From: Candidatus Acidiferrales bacterium | GTDB taxonomy: Bacteria > Acidobacteriota > Terriglobia > Acidiferrales > UBA7541 | NCBI GenBank assembly: GCA_049279635.1 | Contig: JBAPOM010000092.1 | Coordinates: 60,457 to 124,456, forward strand | Length of the DNA: 64,000 bases | Direction: 5' to 3' | Shown here: one piece after another, positions 10,109 through 20,579 of the stretch | Position numbering within the stretch: the first letter of the stretch is position 1 | How the letters are laid out: every line of letters starts with the position of its first letter | Program-made: the position numbers and the translations under genes | The notes under the pieces: generated by a model | What the model was told of the DNA's origin: nothing | The model's input: only the letters and a program-made list of their open reading frames with translations | Database searches by the model: none

Positions 10109-11296
10109 ATGAGAGAAGCGGTGGTGGTCGCGAGTTCGCGGACAGCGCTCGCGAAGTCGTATCGCGGCTCCTTCAACATGGTGCGCCCCGACGAGCTTGC
10201 CGCGCACTGCATCAAGGATGTGCTACGGAAAACGCCCAAGCTCGATCCGTGCGAAATCGAAGATGTCGTGCTGGGGTGCGCGCAACCTCACGGCCCACAG
10301 GGACAAAACGTGGCTCGCGTTTCAGCCATGCTGGCCGGACTGCCGACGTCGGTTGCCGGCACGACGATCAATCGTTTCTGTTCATCCGGTTTGCAAGCGA
10401 TCGCCGTGGCCGCGCATCAGATTGTGAGCGAAGGCGTGGACGCGGCCATCGGCGGAGGCGTTGAAAGCATCAGCCTCACGCCGCGCGACTACTACCCGAA
10501 TGCGGAGCTGCTGGAACGGCTGCCCGGGCTGTACATGGTAATGGGTGTCACCGCGGAGGTTGTTGCCAAGCGATACAAAATCGGCCGCCAGGCGCAGGAC
10601 GAGTACGCCCTCCTGAGCCAGCAGCGGACGGCGCGTGCGCAGGGCGCAGGTTTTTTCGAAGATGAGATCGCGCCGATCCGCGTGACGCGTGCCATCCTCG
10701 ACAAGAGAACCGGCGAGACGATCGGGAAAGAAGAAGTGTGCGTGGATCGCGACGAGTGCAATCGCCCGGACACGACTCTCGAAGGCTTGCTCGCTTTGAA
10801 GCCCTATTTCGATCCGGAGAGCGGCCAGGGAACGGTGACCGCAGGCAATACCTCCCAGCTCTCCGATGGCGCGTCGGCCACGCTCTTGATGTCCCGCGAG
10901 CGCGCCGACCAGCTCGGCATTCCTTACGAGCTGATTTTCCGCGGCTTTCAGATCGCCGGATGCGATCCGGACGAGATGGGCGTTGGTCCCATATTCGCTG
11001 TTCCAAAACTGCTGAAGCGCGCCGGCATGCGAGCCGATGATATCGATCTTTGGGAACTGAACGAAGCATTTGCCGTCCAGGTAATCTTTTGCCGCGACCG
11101 CCTGGGAATCGATCCCGAAAAACTCAACGTGAACGGCGGGTCGATTTCGATCGGTCACCCATACGGAATGACCGGCTCGAGGATGGTCGGCACGATTGCC
11201 AATGAAATGGCGCGGCGCAAAGCGCGCTACGGCGTGGTGACGATGTGCGTCGGTGGCGGGCAGGGCGCCGCGGCTTTATTTGAGAGAGCGGGCTAA
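10109..11296 (+). CDS. Acetyl-CoA C-acyltransferase (thiolase)
   Basis: MREAVVVASSRTALAKSYRGSF start, active-site INRFCSSGLQAI, NEAFA, and C-terminal GVVTMCVGGGQGAA. The track ORF beginning at 9368 overlaps the upstream fadB-like gene, so ATG 10109 was chosen. Confidence 0.9.
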   Translation: MREAVVVASSRTALAKSYRGSFNMVRPDELAAHCIKDVLRKTPKLDPCEIEDVVLGCAQPHGPQGQNVARVSAMLAGLPTSVAGTTINRFCSSGLQAIAVAAHQIVSEGVDAAIGGGVESISLTPRDYYPNAELLERLPGLYMVMGVTAEVVAKRYKIGRQAQDEYALLSQQRTARAQGAGFFEDEIAPIRVTRAILDKRTGETIGKEEVCVDRDECNRPDTTLEGLLALKPYFDPESGQGTVTAGNTSQLSDGASATLLMSRERADQLGIPYELIFRGFQIAGCDPDEMGVGPIFAVPKLLKRAGMRADDIDLWELNEAFAVQVIFCRDRLGIDPEKLNVNGGSISIGHPYGMTGSRMVGTIANEMARRKARYGVVTMCVGGGQGAAALFERAG

Positions 11297-11307
11297 GTTT
11301 CAAGGAA

Positions 11308-12387
11308 TTGCGGGCGCTCATGGCCGACCTTCGAGACCGTCCCAACGCGGTGAGAGCTGGGGAGGAACTCGACCTTGCGAGGCTCGAACCATTCCTGCTG
11401 AGCCACCTTCCCGGCAGCACGGGTCCTCTTCGCGTTGAGCAGTATCCCAGCGGACATTCCAACCTGACGTACCTGGTGAAGCTCGGCGGCCGCGAGATCG
11501 TGTTGCGGCGGCCTCCTTTCGGCAGCAAGGTGAAAACCGCGCACGATATGGGCCGCGAGTATCGAGTCCTGTCGAACCTGCACGCCGCATATCCCGCAGC
11601 GCCGAAGGCGCTCCTCTTTTGCGACGATCTCTCCATATTGGGCGCGCCCTTTTACCTCATGGAACCGATCCAAGGAGTCATCATCCGCAGGGATCCGCCC
11701 GCAGGCTTGGCATTTTCAGCCGAGACGGCGCGCAGCCTCAGTGAATCGTTCGTCGACAATCTCGTTCGGCTGCACGCATTGGACTATGCAACGTTCGGCT
11801 TGGGCGATCTCGGCAAACCGCAGGGCTACGTGGAACGGCAGGTGCACGGCTGGATTGCGCGCTACTACGGCTCGCAGAGTCACGACATTCCCGAAGTCGC
11901 GCGCATCTCGGCCTGGCTTACGGATCACATGCCTCCTGAGAGCGAGCCCACGCTGATCCACAATGACTATAAGTACGACAACATCGTGCTTGATCCCAAC
12001 GACATCACCAGAATCGTGGGAGTGCTGGACTGGGAGATGACTACCATCGGCGATCCGCTGAGCGATTTGGGCACTTCTTTGGGTTATTGGGTCGATCCGC
12101 AGGATCCGGACGAGTTGCAGAAAATTCGCTGGTGTCCTTCGACCTATGCCGGTAGCATGACGCGCGCCCAACTCGTCGAGCGCTACGCGCGAAAGACGGG
12201 CCGCGATGTCTCGCACATGGCCTTTTATCTCGCTTTCGCGAGGCTCAAGCTTGCGGTGATTGTGCAGCAAATTTACTACCGCTACCATCAGGGCCTGACG
12301 AAAGACCCGCGCTTCGCTTCGATGCCAGAGGTAGTGAAGACACTCCTCCGCGCTTCCCTGTCCATCACACAGAATCCCGCGATTTGA
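11308..12387 (+). CDS. Phosphotransferase (APH/choline-kinase fold) family protein, ACAD10/11-kinase/LvaA-like
   Basis: Kinase catalytic loop LIHNDYKYDNIVLD (HxDxxxxN) and metal-binding VLDWEMTTIGDP are both present. The start is either TTG 11308 or ATG 11320. Confidence 0.8.
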   Translation: MRALMADLRDRPNAVRAGEELDLARLEPFLLSHLPGSTGPLRVEQYPSGHSNLTYLVKLGGREIVLRRPPFGSKVKTAHDMGREYRVLSNLHAAYPAAPKALLFCDDLSILGAPFYLMEPIQGVIIRRDPPAGLAFSAETARSLSESFVDNLVRLHALDYATFGLGDLGKPQGYVERQVHGWIARYYGSQSHDIPEVARISAWLTDHMPPESEPTLIHNDYKYDNIVLDPNDITRIVGVLDWEMTTIGDPLSDLGTSLGYWVDPQDPDELQKIRWCPSTYAGSMTRAQLVERYARKTGRDVSHMAFYLAFARLKLAVIVQQIYYRYHQGLTKDPRFASMPEVVKTLLRASLSITQNPAI

Positions 12388-12406
12388 TGTTGCTTGCCCC
12401 GCCAAC

Positions 12407-13633
<1,227 letters not shown>

Positions 13634-13642
13634 TGGATTGTC

Positions 13643-14470
13643 TTATCTGCCGGTGAAAGAAGGGGAGCGCTTCTCGATGTAATGCGCGACACCCTCCTTG
13701 AAATCTTCACTCTTCAGGCTCGCCAGCATCTCGCGCTCGGCGAGTTCAAACGCCTCCGAGAGACTTTGGAACATCGCTTCGTACACTTGCCGCTTCATCA
13801 CGCGCAAGGAACGTGGGCTCACGGTCGACGCCATTTCTCGCGCATTTTCCCGCACCTTCTCCCCAAAAACGTCCTGGGGGAACACCTGGTTCACCAATCC
13901 GATCCGCAGCGCTTCGGCCGCGTCGATGGTGCGCGCGGAGAAGAGAAGATCGAGCGCGTTCGGGACACCGACAAGACGCGGCAACATCCACGCCATTCCG
14001 TACTCTGCCACCAGGCCACGGCGCGCGAAGGCCGTGCTGAGGCGGGCGCTGTCCGAGGCCCAGCGGAGATCGCAATACAGCGCGATCACCAGCCCGAGTC
14101 CGACGGCGGGTCCGTTGAGAGCGGCGATCACCGGTTTTCCAACCTGGAGAAAATACGAATACTTCTTCTGGAAATCGGGTCGAATGCCCTCACGAAGCGC
14201 GTTCGCGCTCATTGCCCGCTTTTTGCCGCTGTCATCGAGGCCCTGATTCGCGACGCTGCTGAGAAGCGACATATCCGCGCCGGCGCAGAACCCCCGCCCC
14301 GCGCCAGTCAATACGATCACGCGCGCGTTGTCGTCGCGCTCGGCTTCCTCGACCGCCGAACGCACCTCCTGCTCCATGATCGCAGTCCAGGCGTTCAGTT
14401 TGTCCGGGCGATTCAGCGTGATGGTCGCGACGCGATCAGCGACCTTGTAAAGCGTCTCCTGGCCAGCCAT
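13643..14470 (-). CDS. Enoyl-CoA hydratase/isomerase (crotonase) family protein
   Basis: ITLNRPDKLNAW, GRGFCAGADM, and ALNGPAVGLGLVIALYCD. It lies 9 nt upstream of the ACAD on the same strand. Confidence 0.9.
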   Translation of the reverse strand: MAGQETLYKVADRVATITLNRPDKLNAWTAIMEQEVRSAVEEAERDDNARVIVLTGAGRGFCAGADMSLLSSVANQGLDDSGKKRAMSANALREGIRPDFQKKYSYFLQVGKPVIAALNGPAVGLGLVIALYCDLRWASDSARLSTAFARRGLVAEYGMAWMLPRLVGVPNALDLLFSARTIDAAEALRIGLVNQVFPQDVFGEKVRENAREMASTVSPRSLRVMKRQVYEAMFQSLSEAFELAEREMLASLKSEDFKEGVAHYIEKRSPSFTGR

Positions 14471-14619
14471 GGTGGGGTCATTATATACAACAAGTGGGAA
14501 TCGGATAGTCGCTCTCTTCTATAACCGACTATCAGAACTTTGGGTAATCCCGCGATAAGGCGGGCACGGCACATGCCCGGCACCCAGCTGCCTCAACCGC
14601 TCTTCCTGGCTGGGCGAGA

Positions 14620-16422
14620 CTAGAATCCGGGCGGCCGCTCGTCTGCCACCTTAAAGCTGCGCTCCAGCGCCAACCCGGCGCGCCCTAGGGTGCCCTCATC
14701 GAAGAGTCGTCCGATCAGGGTAACGCCGTAGGGCACGCGGCGCGGCGGAGAGAATTTTGGAAGCGGGTTCTTTGGATCCGGAGCCCAATCGCTGCGCGCC
14801 TCCGACACCTCGACGAAGCCGGCGCGCAGCGTCAGCGAGGGATGCCCCGTAAAGTTCGTGATTGTCAGCATCTCGTCGCGCAACGCCGGTACGAGCAGCA
14901 GATCCACTTCGGCGAACACGCGCTCCATCTCTTCAGCCACTTTGCGGCGAAACCGGTCGGTCTGGACGAAGTCCACGGCGGAAAGAAATCTCGACTGGCG
15001 GAATGAATTGGGCCATCCGTCGGGCACCTGCATCTTCAGCTGATCGACGGTGTGATCGAGCGTAATCTTCTCGTGCGCGGCCGCGGATTCGGCGAAAAGA
15101 ATCAGATTGAGAGAATCATAAGGCCAGTCCGGAATCGCCACTTCCACCGGGATCATTCCCACTTTCTTCGCCGTCTCGAGAGCAGCGCGGTCCACTGCGG
15201 TCGCCTGCGCATCGTTCATCCATCCGGGGAAATAGCCCACGCGCAATCCTTGCACGCTCGCGCCGGCGTCGAAGTCGAGCTTGCTCGGGACGCTGGCCAA
15301 ATCGCCGGCATCGGGCCCCGAGATGGCCAGCAAAACCAGCATGGCGTCCTCGACGCTGCGCGTCATGGGGCCGAGCTTGTCGAGTGACCAGCAAAGCGTC
15401 ATCGCGCCGGTGCGCGCCACACGGCCGTACGTCGGCCGCAGTCCCGTGACCCCGCAGCGCATGCTCGGGCTCACGATGCTGCCTTCCGTCTCGCTTCCGA
15501 TCGAGAAAGCCACCAATCCCGCAGCGGTGGCAGCGCCCGGTCCCGCGCTCGAGCCTGACGATCCTTCCTCAAGCAGCCACGGATTCATCGTTTGCCCGCC
15601 GAACCAAATATCATTCAACGCCAGCGCGCCCATGCTCAGCTTAGCGACCAGAACCGCCCCCGCATCGTCCAGACGCTGCGCCACAACGGCATTTTTCGCA
15701 GGGATCCGGCTCCGGTAAGGCTCGGCGCCATAGGTGGTCCGAATTCCGGCGGTATCGAGAAGGTCTTTGGCGCCCCAGGGAATGCCATGCAGCGGCCCGC
15801 GGTATTTGCCCGCGGCGATTTCTTCGTCGGCCTTCTTGGCTTGCGACAACGCTGCTTCCCGCGTGAGCGTAATCACGCAGCGGAGCTTTGGATCAAACTG
15901 CTTCAGCCGGTCGAGATAAATATTCGTGAGCCGCTCCGAGCTGAGATTTCGGCTCTCGATCCACCGCGAGAGCTGAGTCACAGTGGAGAACGCAATATCA
16001 TCGTCCTTCGACGGCAGCATCCCCGGATCGTTCTTGCTCCGGAGAAATCGGTCGCGATCCGGACCTGCCTTCGTGCCCGGAAGAACGGGGTTCCACTGCG
16101 TTGCAGGTGAGAGTTGCGCTTCTAAGGAAACCTTCCTCGGCCCGGTGCGTCGTTCGTAGAGCGCCGCCATCGACTCGCGCCAGTTACTTGCCGCCTCTGC
16201 GCGGTCGCTGGTGTTCATCTCCACCCGTACGAGCTTCTCCGCTTCCGTGAAGGTCTCGGGCGATACCGCCGGGCCCACGGGCGGCGCCGTGCCAAACGCG
16301 GGCGGAGCACCGGCCGGCGGCTCGGCAGCCTTCTGCTTCTGCTCCGGCACCTGAAATGCGGCGGTCCCGGCAAGCATGGACATCGATACATCCGCCAAGA
16401 ATTCTCTGCGCGATTTTGACAT
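14620..16422 (-). CDS. Tat-exported amidase (amidase-signature family)
   Basis: Twin-arginine leader MSKSRREFLADVSMSMLAGTAA. Amidase signature GSSGSSAGPGAATAAGLVAFSIGSETEGSIVSPS. ATG 16422 is preceded by GGAGAGGA. Confidence 0.85.
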   Translation of the reverse strand: MSKSRREFLADVSMSMLAGTAAFQVPEQKQKAAEPPAGAPPAFGTAPPVGPAVSPETFTEAEKLVRVEMNTSDRAEAASNWRESMAALYERRTGPRKVSLEAQLSPATQWNPVLPGTKAGPDRDRFLRSKNDPGMLPSKDDDIAFSTVTQLSRWIESRNLSSERLTNIYLDRLKQFDPKLRCVITLTREAALSQAKKADEEIAAGKYRGPLHGIPWGAKDLLDTAGIRTTYGAEPYRSRIPAKNAVVAQRLDDAGAVLVAKLSMGALALNDIWFGGQTMNPWLLEEGSSGSSAGPGAATAAGLVAFSIGSETEGSIVSPSMRCGVTGLRPTYGRVARTGAMTLCWSLDKLGPMTRSVEDAMLVLLAISGPDAGDLASVPSKLDFDAGASVQGLRVGYFPGWMNDAQATAVDRAALETAKKVGMIPVEVAIPDWPYDSLNLILFAESAAAHEKITLDHTVDQLKMQVPDGWPNSFRQSRFLSAVDFVQTDRFRRKVAEEMERVFAEVDLLLVPALRDEMLTITNFTGHPSLTLRAGFVEVSEARSDWAPDPKNPLPKFSPPRRVPYGVTLIGRLFDEGTLGRAGLALERSFKVADERPPGF

Positions 16423-16583
16423 GCGTCCTCTCCTCTCGCATTGTATCCGCAAAAGCATCGCTGGCAATCTGCAGCAATCGCCTCCTGGCATGTCAATTGT
16501 GAACGCGGCGGAATAGAGTCAGTCGCCCGCCGCAAGCTGCTCCCGAGTGGTTGGAGATAGAGAGTGTCGAGTAACCGGAACCG

Positions 16584-17441
16584 CTATTTCTTGTCGCCTG
16601 GTGGAGAAAGGGACGGTGCCGTCTTTCCTGGTTCGGCCGAATTCGCTGGTTCGCCGGCGGCGCCTGTCGGAGCCCCCGCTTCCGCTGTGCCGGCAGGTTT
16701 TGCGTCGCTCTCGCCCGGTTGTTGGTCCAGGTATTTCACAATCACCGAAATCCTGCGATTCGAAGGATCGAGCGGATTGGCGGGATCTCGTGGCAGCATA
16801 TCTGCAAAACCCCGCACCTCCGCCACTTGATCGGGGCGTACTCCGTGGGATTGCAGCAGGCGGCGGGCATCGTTGGCGCGATCGGTGGAGAGCTCCCAGT
16901 TCGTATAACCCGCACCGTTCGAATAGGGCTTGGCGTCCGTGTGGCCTTCCACGTAAATTTTGTTTGGAAGCTTTCCCAGTTCCGCCGCGAGCGCGAACAA
17001 AAGGTCCTGGCCGTCGACGTTGAATTTCGCGCTTCCTTGATTAAAAAAGGTTCCCGCCGCCGACTCGGTGAGTTCGATTCGCAAGCCTTCGTTGGTGACG
17101 GTCATGTCGATGTGATTTTTCAGCTTGTCGAAATCGGGTACCTTCTTCATCGCGGCTTGGAGCTGTTGCTTCAGCTGCTCCATGTTGTCTTTGGACACGA
17201 CGAAATTATCTTTCGCGCCCTGCATGTCGCTTCCGATTTTCTCGGCCTTGCCCGTAGGGTCCTTGAAATATCCTCCGACAGCCTTTTGAATTTTCTGGCT
17301 GCTGTTCATGAGCCAGAGCACGATGAAAAGCGCCATCATCGCGGTGACGAAGTCCGCGTAAGCCACCTTCCACGCGCCGCCATGGTGCCCGCCGTGTCCG
17401 GCCACTTTCTTGATGACGATAATCGGCCGTTTTCCCGTCAT
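16584..17441 (-). CDS. motB: MotB-type stator protein (OmpA-like peptidoglycan-binding C-terminus)
   Basis: GGAWKVAYADFVTAMMALFIVLWL, which contains the conserved Asp in the single TM helix. The OmpA-like region is VEGHTDAKPY...NWELSTDRAN. The C-terminal tail is Pro/Ala/Gly-rich. Confidence 0.85.
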   Translation of the reverse strand: MTGKRPIIVIKKVAGHGGHHGGAWKVAYADFVTAMMALFIVLWLMNSSQKIQKAVGGYFKDPTGKAEKIGSDMQGAKDNFVVSKDNMEQLKQQLQAAMKKVPDFDKLKNHIDMTVTNEGLRIELTESAAGTFFNQGSAKFNVDGQDLLFALAAELGKLPNKIYVEGHTDAKPYSNGAGYTNWELSTDRANDARRLLQSHGVRPDQVAEVRGFADMLPRDPANPLDPSNRRISVIVKYLDQQPGESDAKPAGTAEAGAPTGAAGEPANSAEPGKTAPSLSPPGDKK

Positions 17442-17467
17442 TTCTTTTCTGCTTCTCTGCCGCGCAT

Positions 17468-18376
17468 TTAGGCGGCCGCGACCGGCTGTTCGGAGGTTTG
17501 CGGCGCCCCTTCCGCTTTCGCCTCCGATTTCCCCTTGATGTAGTTTTCACTATCCTGGAAGTTGGGCCGGAGCCGGCTGGGAATGGCGCGCCTCCCAAAT
17601 TCCACAGCCACGCCCGGCGCCGCTCCCTTCATGGAGGAGACGATCATCACGCGCAGCACCTGATAGTAGTCATGCTCTTCGTCCGACGACTTGGCCATGT
17701 TGGCGGCGAGCGGCCCGATAAATCCATAGCACAAAAGAATGCCCAGGAAAGTTCCCACCAGCGCCGCCGCCACTTTTTTCCCGATCTCTTCCGGAGGCCC
17801 GCCCAGCGCCCCCATGGTGATCACCACGCCCAACACAGCCGCGACGATTCCTAGGCCGGGCAGAGAATCGGCCATAGTCGCCAGCGCGGCCACCGGCTGT
17901 GTGCTTTCGTGGTGGTGGACTTCCATATCCATTTCCAGCATCTGGTCGGCGTCGAACGGCTCGATGCTTCCGCTCGCCGCCATTCGAATCGAATCGCAGA
18001 CGAAGAGGAGCGCGTGGTGGTCTTTGAGGAAATTCGGGTACTTCGAGAAAACCGGGCTCTTGTCGGGCGCATCACTGTCTGCTTCGAGCGCCATCATTCC
18101 TTCGCGGCGCGCCCGCCCAAACAGCTCGTACATGATCTTCATGGTTTCCAGATAGCGCGCCTGAGTATATTTCGACGATCCGAAGGCTCCTCCCAATCCG
18201 CCTGCGATCTTCTTAAGAATGTGCAGCGGATTGGCGATCAGCACGGTCCCGATCGCCGCTCCGAGAATGATGATCAGCTCGGCCGGCTGCATGAGCACCC
18301 GAACATTCCCATGTTCCATCAGGTACCCGCCCATAATCGCCGCGATGACCAAGACAATACCAATGATTGCAAACAT
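17468..18376 (-). CDS. motA: MotA-type proton-channel stator protein
   Basis: 302 aa with the four-TM MotA layout (MFAIIGIVLVIAAIMGGYLMEHGN, LPGLGIVAAVLGVVITMG, ALVGTFLGILLCYGFIGPLA). It lies 26 nt upstream of motB. Confidence 0.85.
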   Translation of the reverse strand: MFAIIGIVLVIAAIMGGYLMEHGNVRVLMQPAELIIILGAAIGTVLIANPLHILKKIAGGLGGAFGSSKYTQARYLETMKIMYELFGRARREGMMALEADSDAPDKSPVFSKYPNFLKDHHALLFVCDSIRMAASGSIEPFDADQMLEMDMEVHHHESTQPVAALATMADSLPGLGIVAAVLGVVITMGALGGPPEEIGKKVAAALVGTFLGILLCYGFIGPLAANMAKSSDEEHDYYQVLRVMIVSSMKGAAPGVAVEFGRRAIPSRLRPNFQDSENYIKGKSEAKAEGAPQTSEQPVAAA

Positions 18377-18410
18377 CTCTTCTTGCTCCTCCGCGCGTGC
18401 GCCCCTTACT

Positions 18411-19355
18411 TCACTCTCCGATAATGGTGGTCAGATTTCCGCCCGCGGCGACGCTTTTTTCCATCGAACGGCCAACGCGGGCAAGCAGCTCATCGACAGT
18501 GTCCTCCGGCAACACCGTCGTGGCGCCCAGCGAAGCTGTCACCGGCAGTTGATCACCCCACCAGTTCACTTTGATTCCCTGCACGCTTCTCTTCAGCCGC
18601 TCGCAGACTCTCGTCAAGTCGGATCGCGAACACTCCGTCAGGATGGAAAGAAAGTCAGCCGTTCCACTTCGCCCGAGAAAATCCGTCGGACGCAGGCTGT
18701 TTTCCAGGGTTTGTCCCACGGAACGCAGCAGAACGGCGATCACACCCGGCCCGTACCTGGCCTTGAGCTCGTCGAATTTGTCCACTCGAACCGATACCAC
18801 GCTGAAGGGGACCTGGCATTCCTTGAAGGTCCGCAGGTTCTCGCGCAGGTGCGACAACAGGAAGTTTTCGGTCAACACACCGGTATGGGCATCCAATGCG
18901 CCGTAGCCGGACAGCGTTTCCTGCCGCCGGTCCCAATCGGATGCCGAGACGCTTTCTTCGAAGCTGCCCGCCGCGGCGATGATCGTCCCGCGATCGTTTC
19001 GGATCGCTACCACTCTCATTCGCGCGGGGACGAGGTGGCCGTCTTTGTGCCGCAGCATCACCTCGGCAAAAGCCGGCTTGCCGTCGCGCAGGACTTCCGC
19101 AACGAAATCCTTCGCTTCAGGCGAATCTTCTTCGGCTCCCCCGGTGCCCGACTGGACCAACTCCTGCGCGTCATGGCCCAGCACGTCTTGCCGCAGATGC
19201 CCGGTAGTCTTTTCCGCCCCCTCGTTCCAGAAGCGGACCTTCCGTTTCTGGTCAACCAGGCACACTCCGGTTTGCAGGCTCTCGAGGATTCTCCGGTGTA
19301 TATCTTCGTGCTCGAACTCGGACACAAATTCACCCTCGACTGTTTCATCGGCCAT
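18411..19355 (-). CDS. PAS domain protein with degenerate GGDEF domain (I-site retained)
   Basis: PAS-like ILESLQTGVCLVDQKRKVRFWNEGAEKTTG. GGDEF-fold C-terminus reads RPTDFLGRSGTADF where canonical enzymes read RxxD-x4-GG(D/E)EF. The start is uncertain (ATG 19511, 19487 or 19355). Confidence 0.75.
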   Translation of the reverse strand: MADETVEGEFVSEFEHEDIHRRILESLQTGVCLVDQKRKVRFWNEGAEKTTGHLRQDVLGHDAQELVQSGTGGAEEDSPEAKDFVAEVLRDGKPAFAEVMLRHKDGHLVPARMRVVAIRNDRGTIIAAAGSFEESVSASDWDRRQETLSGYGALDAHTGVLTENFLLSHLRENLRTFKECQVPFSVVSVRVDKFDELKARYGPGVIAVLLRSVGQTLENSLRPTDFLGRSGTADFLSILTECSRSDLTRVCERLKRSVQGIKVNWWGDQLPVTASLGATTVLPEDTVDELLARVGRSMEKSVAAGGNLTTIIGE

Positions 19356-19556
19356 ATACCCTTTCAAGTTTAGGGAACGTTCGAAACAGGAGGCATACGC
19401 CGGCCGGATTCGACTTAACATCCGGAAACTGGGCTTATCGATCGGCCAGAAAATTTCGGCGTTGATTCGGCCGCCATCCTGTGCCATTTTCTCTCCGGCT
19501 TTTCGGTCCATTCCGGGCCGAGGAGTCTGGGGCGCGCTCCTTGTTTTCTCAATCGA

Positions 19557-20576
19557 GTGCGGAGCCGCGGCGTGAAGAAGCGGAAATCAGAGGGGGACAC
19601 ATTGAAATCATTAACGAGAACAATCACTATCCTGTTGTTCGCGGCCGCCATCTTGGCCGCCGCGCAGCCGTCGCAAGCGGCGCAGTGCGATCGCGCCTGC
19701 CTGGAGAGCACCGTCGATAACTATCTGGCGGCGCTGGTCGCGCATGATCCTTCGCGCGTAAAGTTTGCGCCCAACGTGGAATTCATCGAAAATCTCACAC
19801 CGATGAAGCCCGGCGAAGGACTCTGGAAAACCGCCTCCGCCTTACCCACGACATTCAAGATCTATGTTCCGGATCCGGTTTCCGAGGAAGTGGGGTTCAT
19901 GTGCATCATGCAAGAGAGCGACAAGCCCATCGACTTCGCTCTGCGCTTGAAAATCCACAATGGACGGATTGTCGAAGCCGAGCATTTGATCGCCCGGAAC
20001 CTTCGCGAGAACTCGCTGAAGAATCTCCAGACGCCGCGGCCCGGCCTGCTGGCGACAGTCCCGCCGGGCGATCGCGTTCCGCGAGCCGAGATGCTGACAA
20101 TCGGCGCTTCGTATTACGAGGCGTTGGTCTCCGCTGACGCCAACAATGCGCCGTTTGCCGATGATTGCGTCCGCCGCGAAAACGGCATGCAAACTACCAG
20201 CAACCCCCCGCCTGACAAACCCGGCTTTGCTTCGCTGGGCGCTCTCGGATGTGCCGCTCAACTCAAGACCGGCACGTTTAACTACATCAAGCGCATCGAG
20301 CCCCGCCGCGTCGAAATAGCCGATCCCGTGACGGGTCTCGTGTTCGGACTGTCACAGTTTCGCCATCCGATGACGCAGACGACTTTCGAGATCGTGGGCG
20401 TGCCGGGTGTCGATCACAACGATATGAGCAAGACTAAGCCGTTCGATATGCCGGCGGCCCACATCTTCAAGTTGAGCGGCGGCAAGATCCACGAGATCGA
20501 AGCGATGGGCTTCGTGGCGCCGTACGATTCAAAGACCGGCTGGCCGAAGTACGACAGCCAGTCGTCATCGCACTAG
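19557..20576 (+). CDS. Secreted hypothetical protein
   Basis: Signal-peptide-like ITILLFAAAILAAAQPSQA. Codon usage looks coding. I did not recognise a family. An alternative TTG start at 19602 sits behind GAGGGGG. Confidence 0.6.
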   Translation: MRSRGVKKRKSEGDTLKSLTRTITILLFAAAILAAAQPSQAAQCDRACLESTVDNYLAALVAHDPSRVKFAPNVEFIENLTPMKPGEGLWKTASALPTTFKIYVPDPVSEEVGFMCIMQESDKPIDFALRLKIHNGRIVEAEHLIARNLRENSLKNLQTPRPGLLATVPPGDRVPRAEMLTIGASYYEALVSADANNAPFADDCVRRENGMQTTSNPPPDKPGFASLGALGCAAQLKTGTFNYIKRIEPRRVEIADPVTGLVFGLSQFRHPMTQTTFEIVGVPGVDHNDMSKTKPFDMPAAHIFKLSGGKIHEIEAMGFVAPYDSKTGWPKYDSQSSSH

Positions 20577-20579
20577 CAA

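Noticed and set aside
6777-10239. Long minus-strand ORFs 6777-8051 (424 aa) and 8752-10239 (495 aa)
   Set aside because: They are antisense to the second ACAD and the FadB-type gene, both of which carry clear family motifs. The antisense translations are Arg/His-rich and motif-free.
16584-18376. Possibility that MotA/MotB here are ZorA/ZorB of a Zorya phage-defence system
   Set aside because: ZorA proteins carry a long C-terminal tail and are accompanied by ZorC/ZorD or ZorE-type genes. Here MotA is the canonical ~300 aa, MotB has an ordinary OmpA-like domain, and no Zor accessory, nuclease or helicase genes are adjacent.
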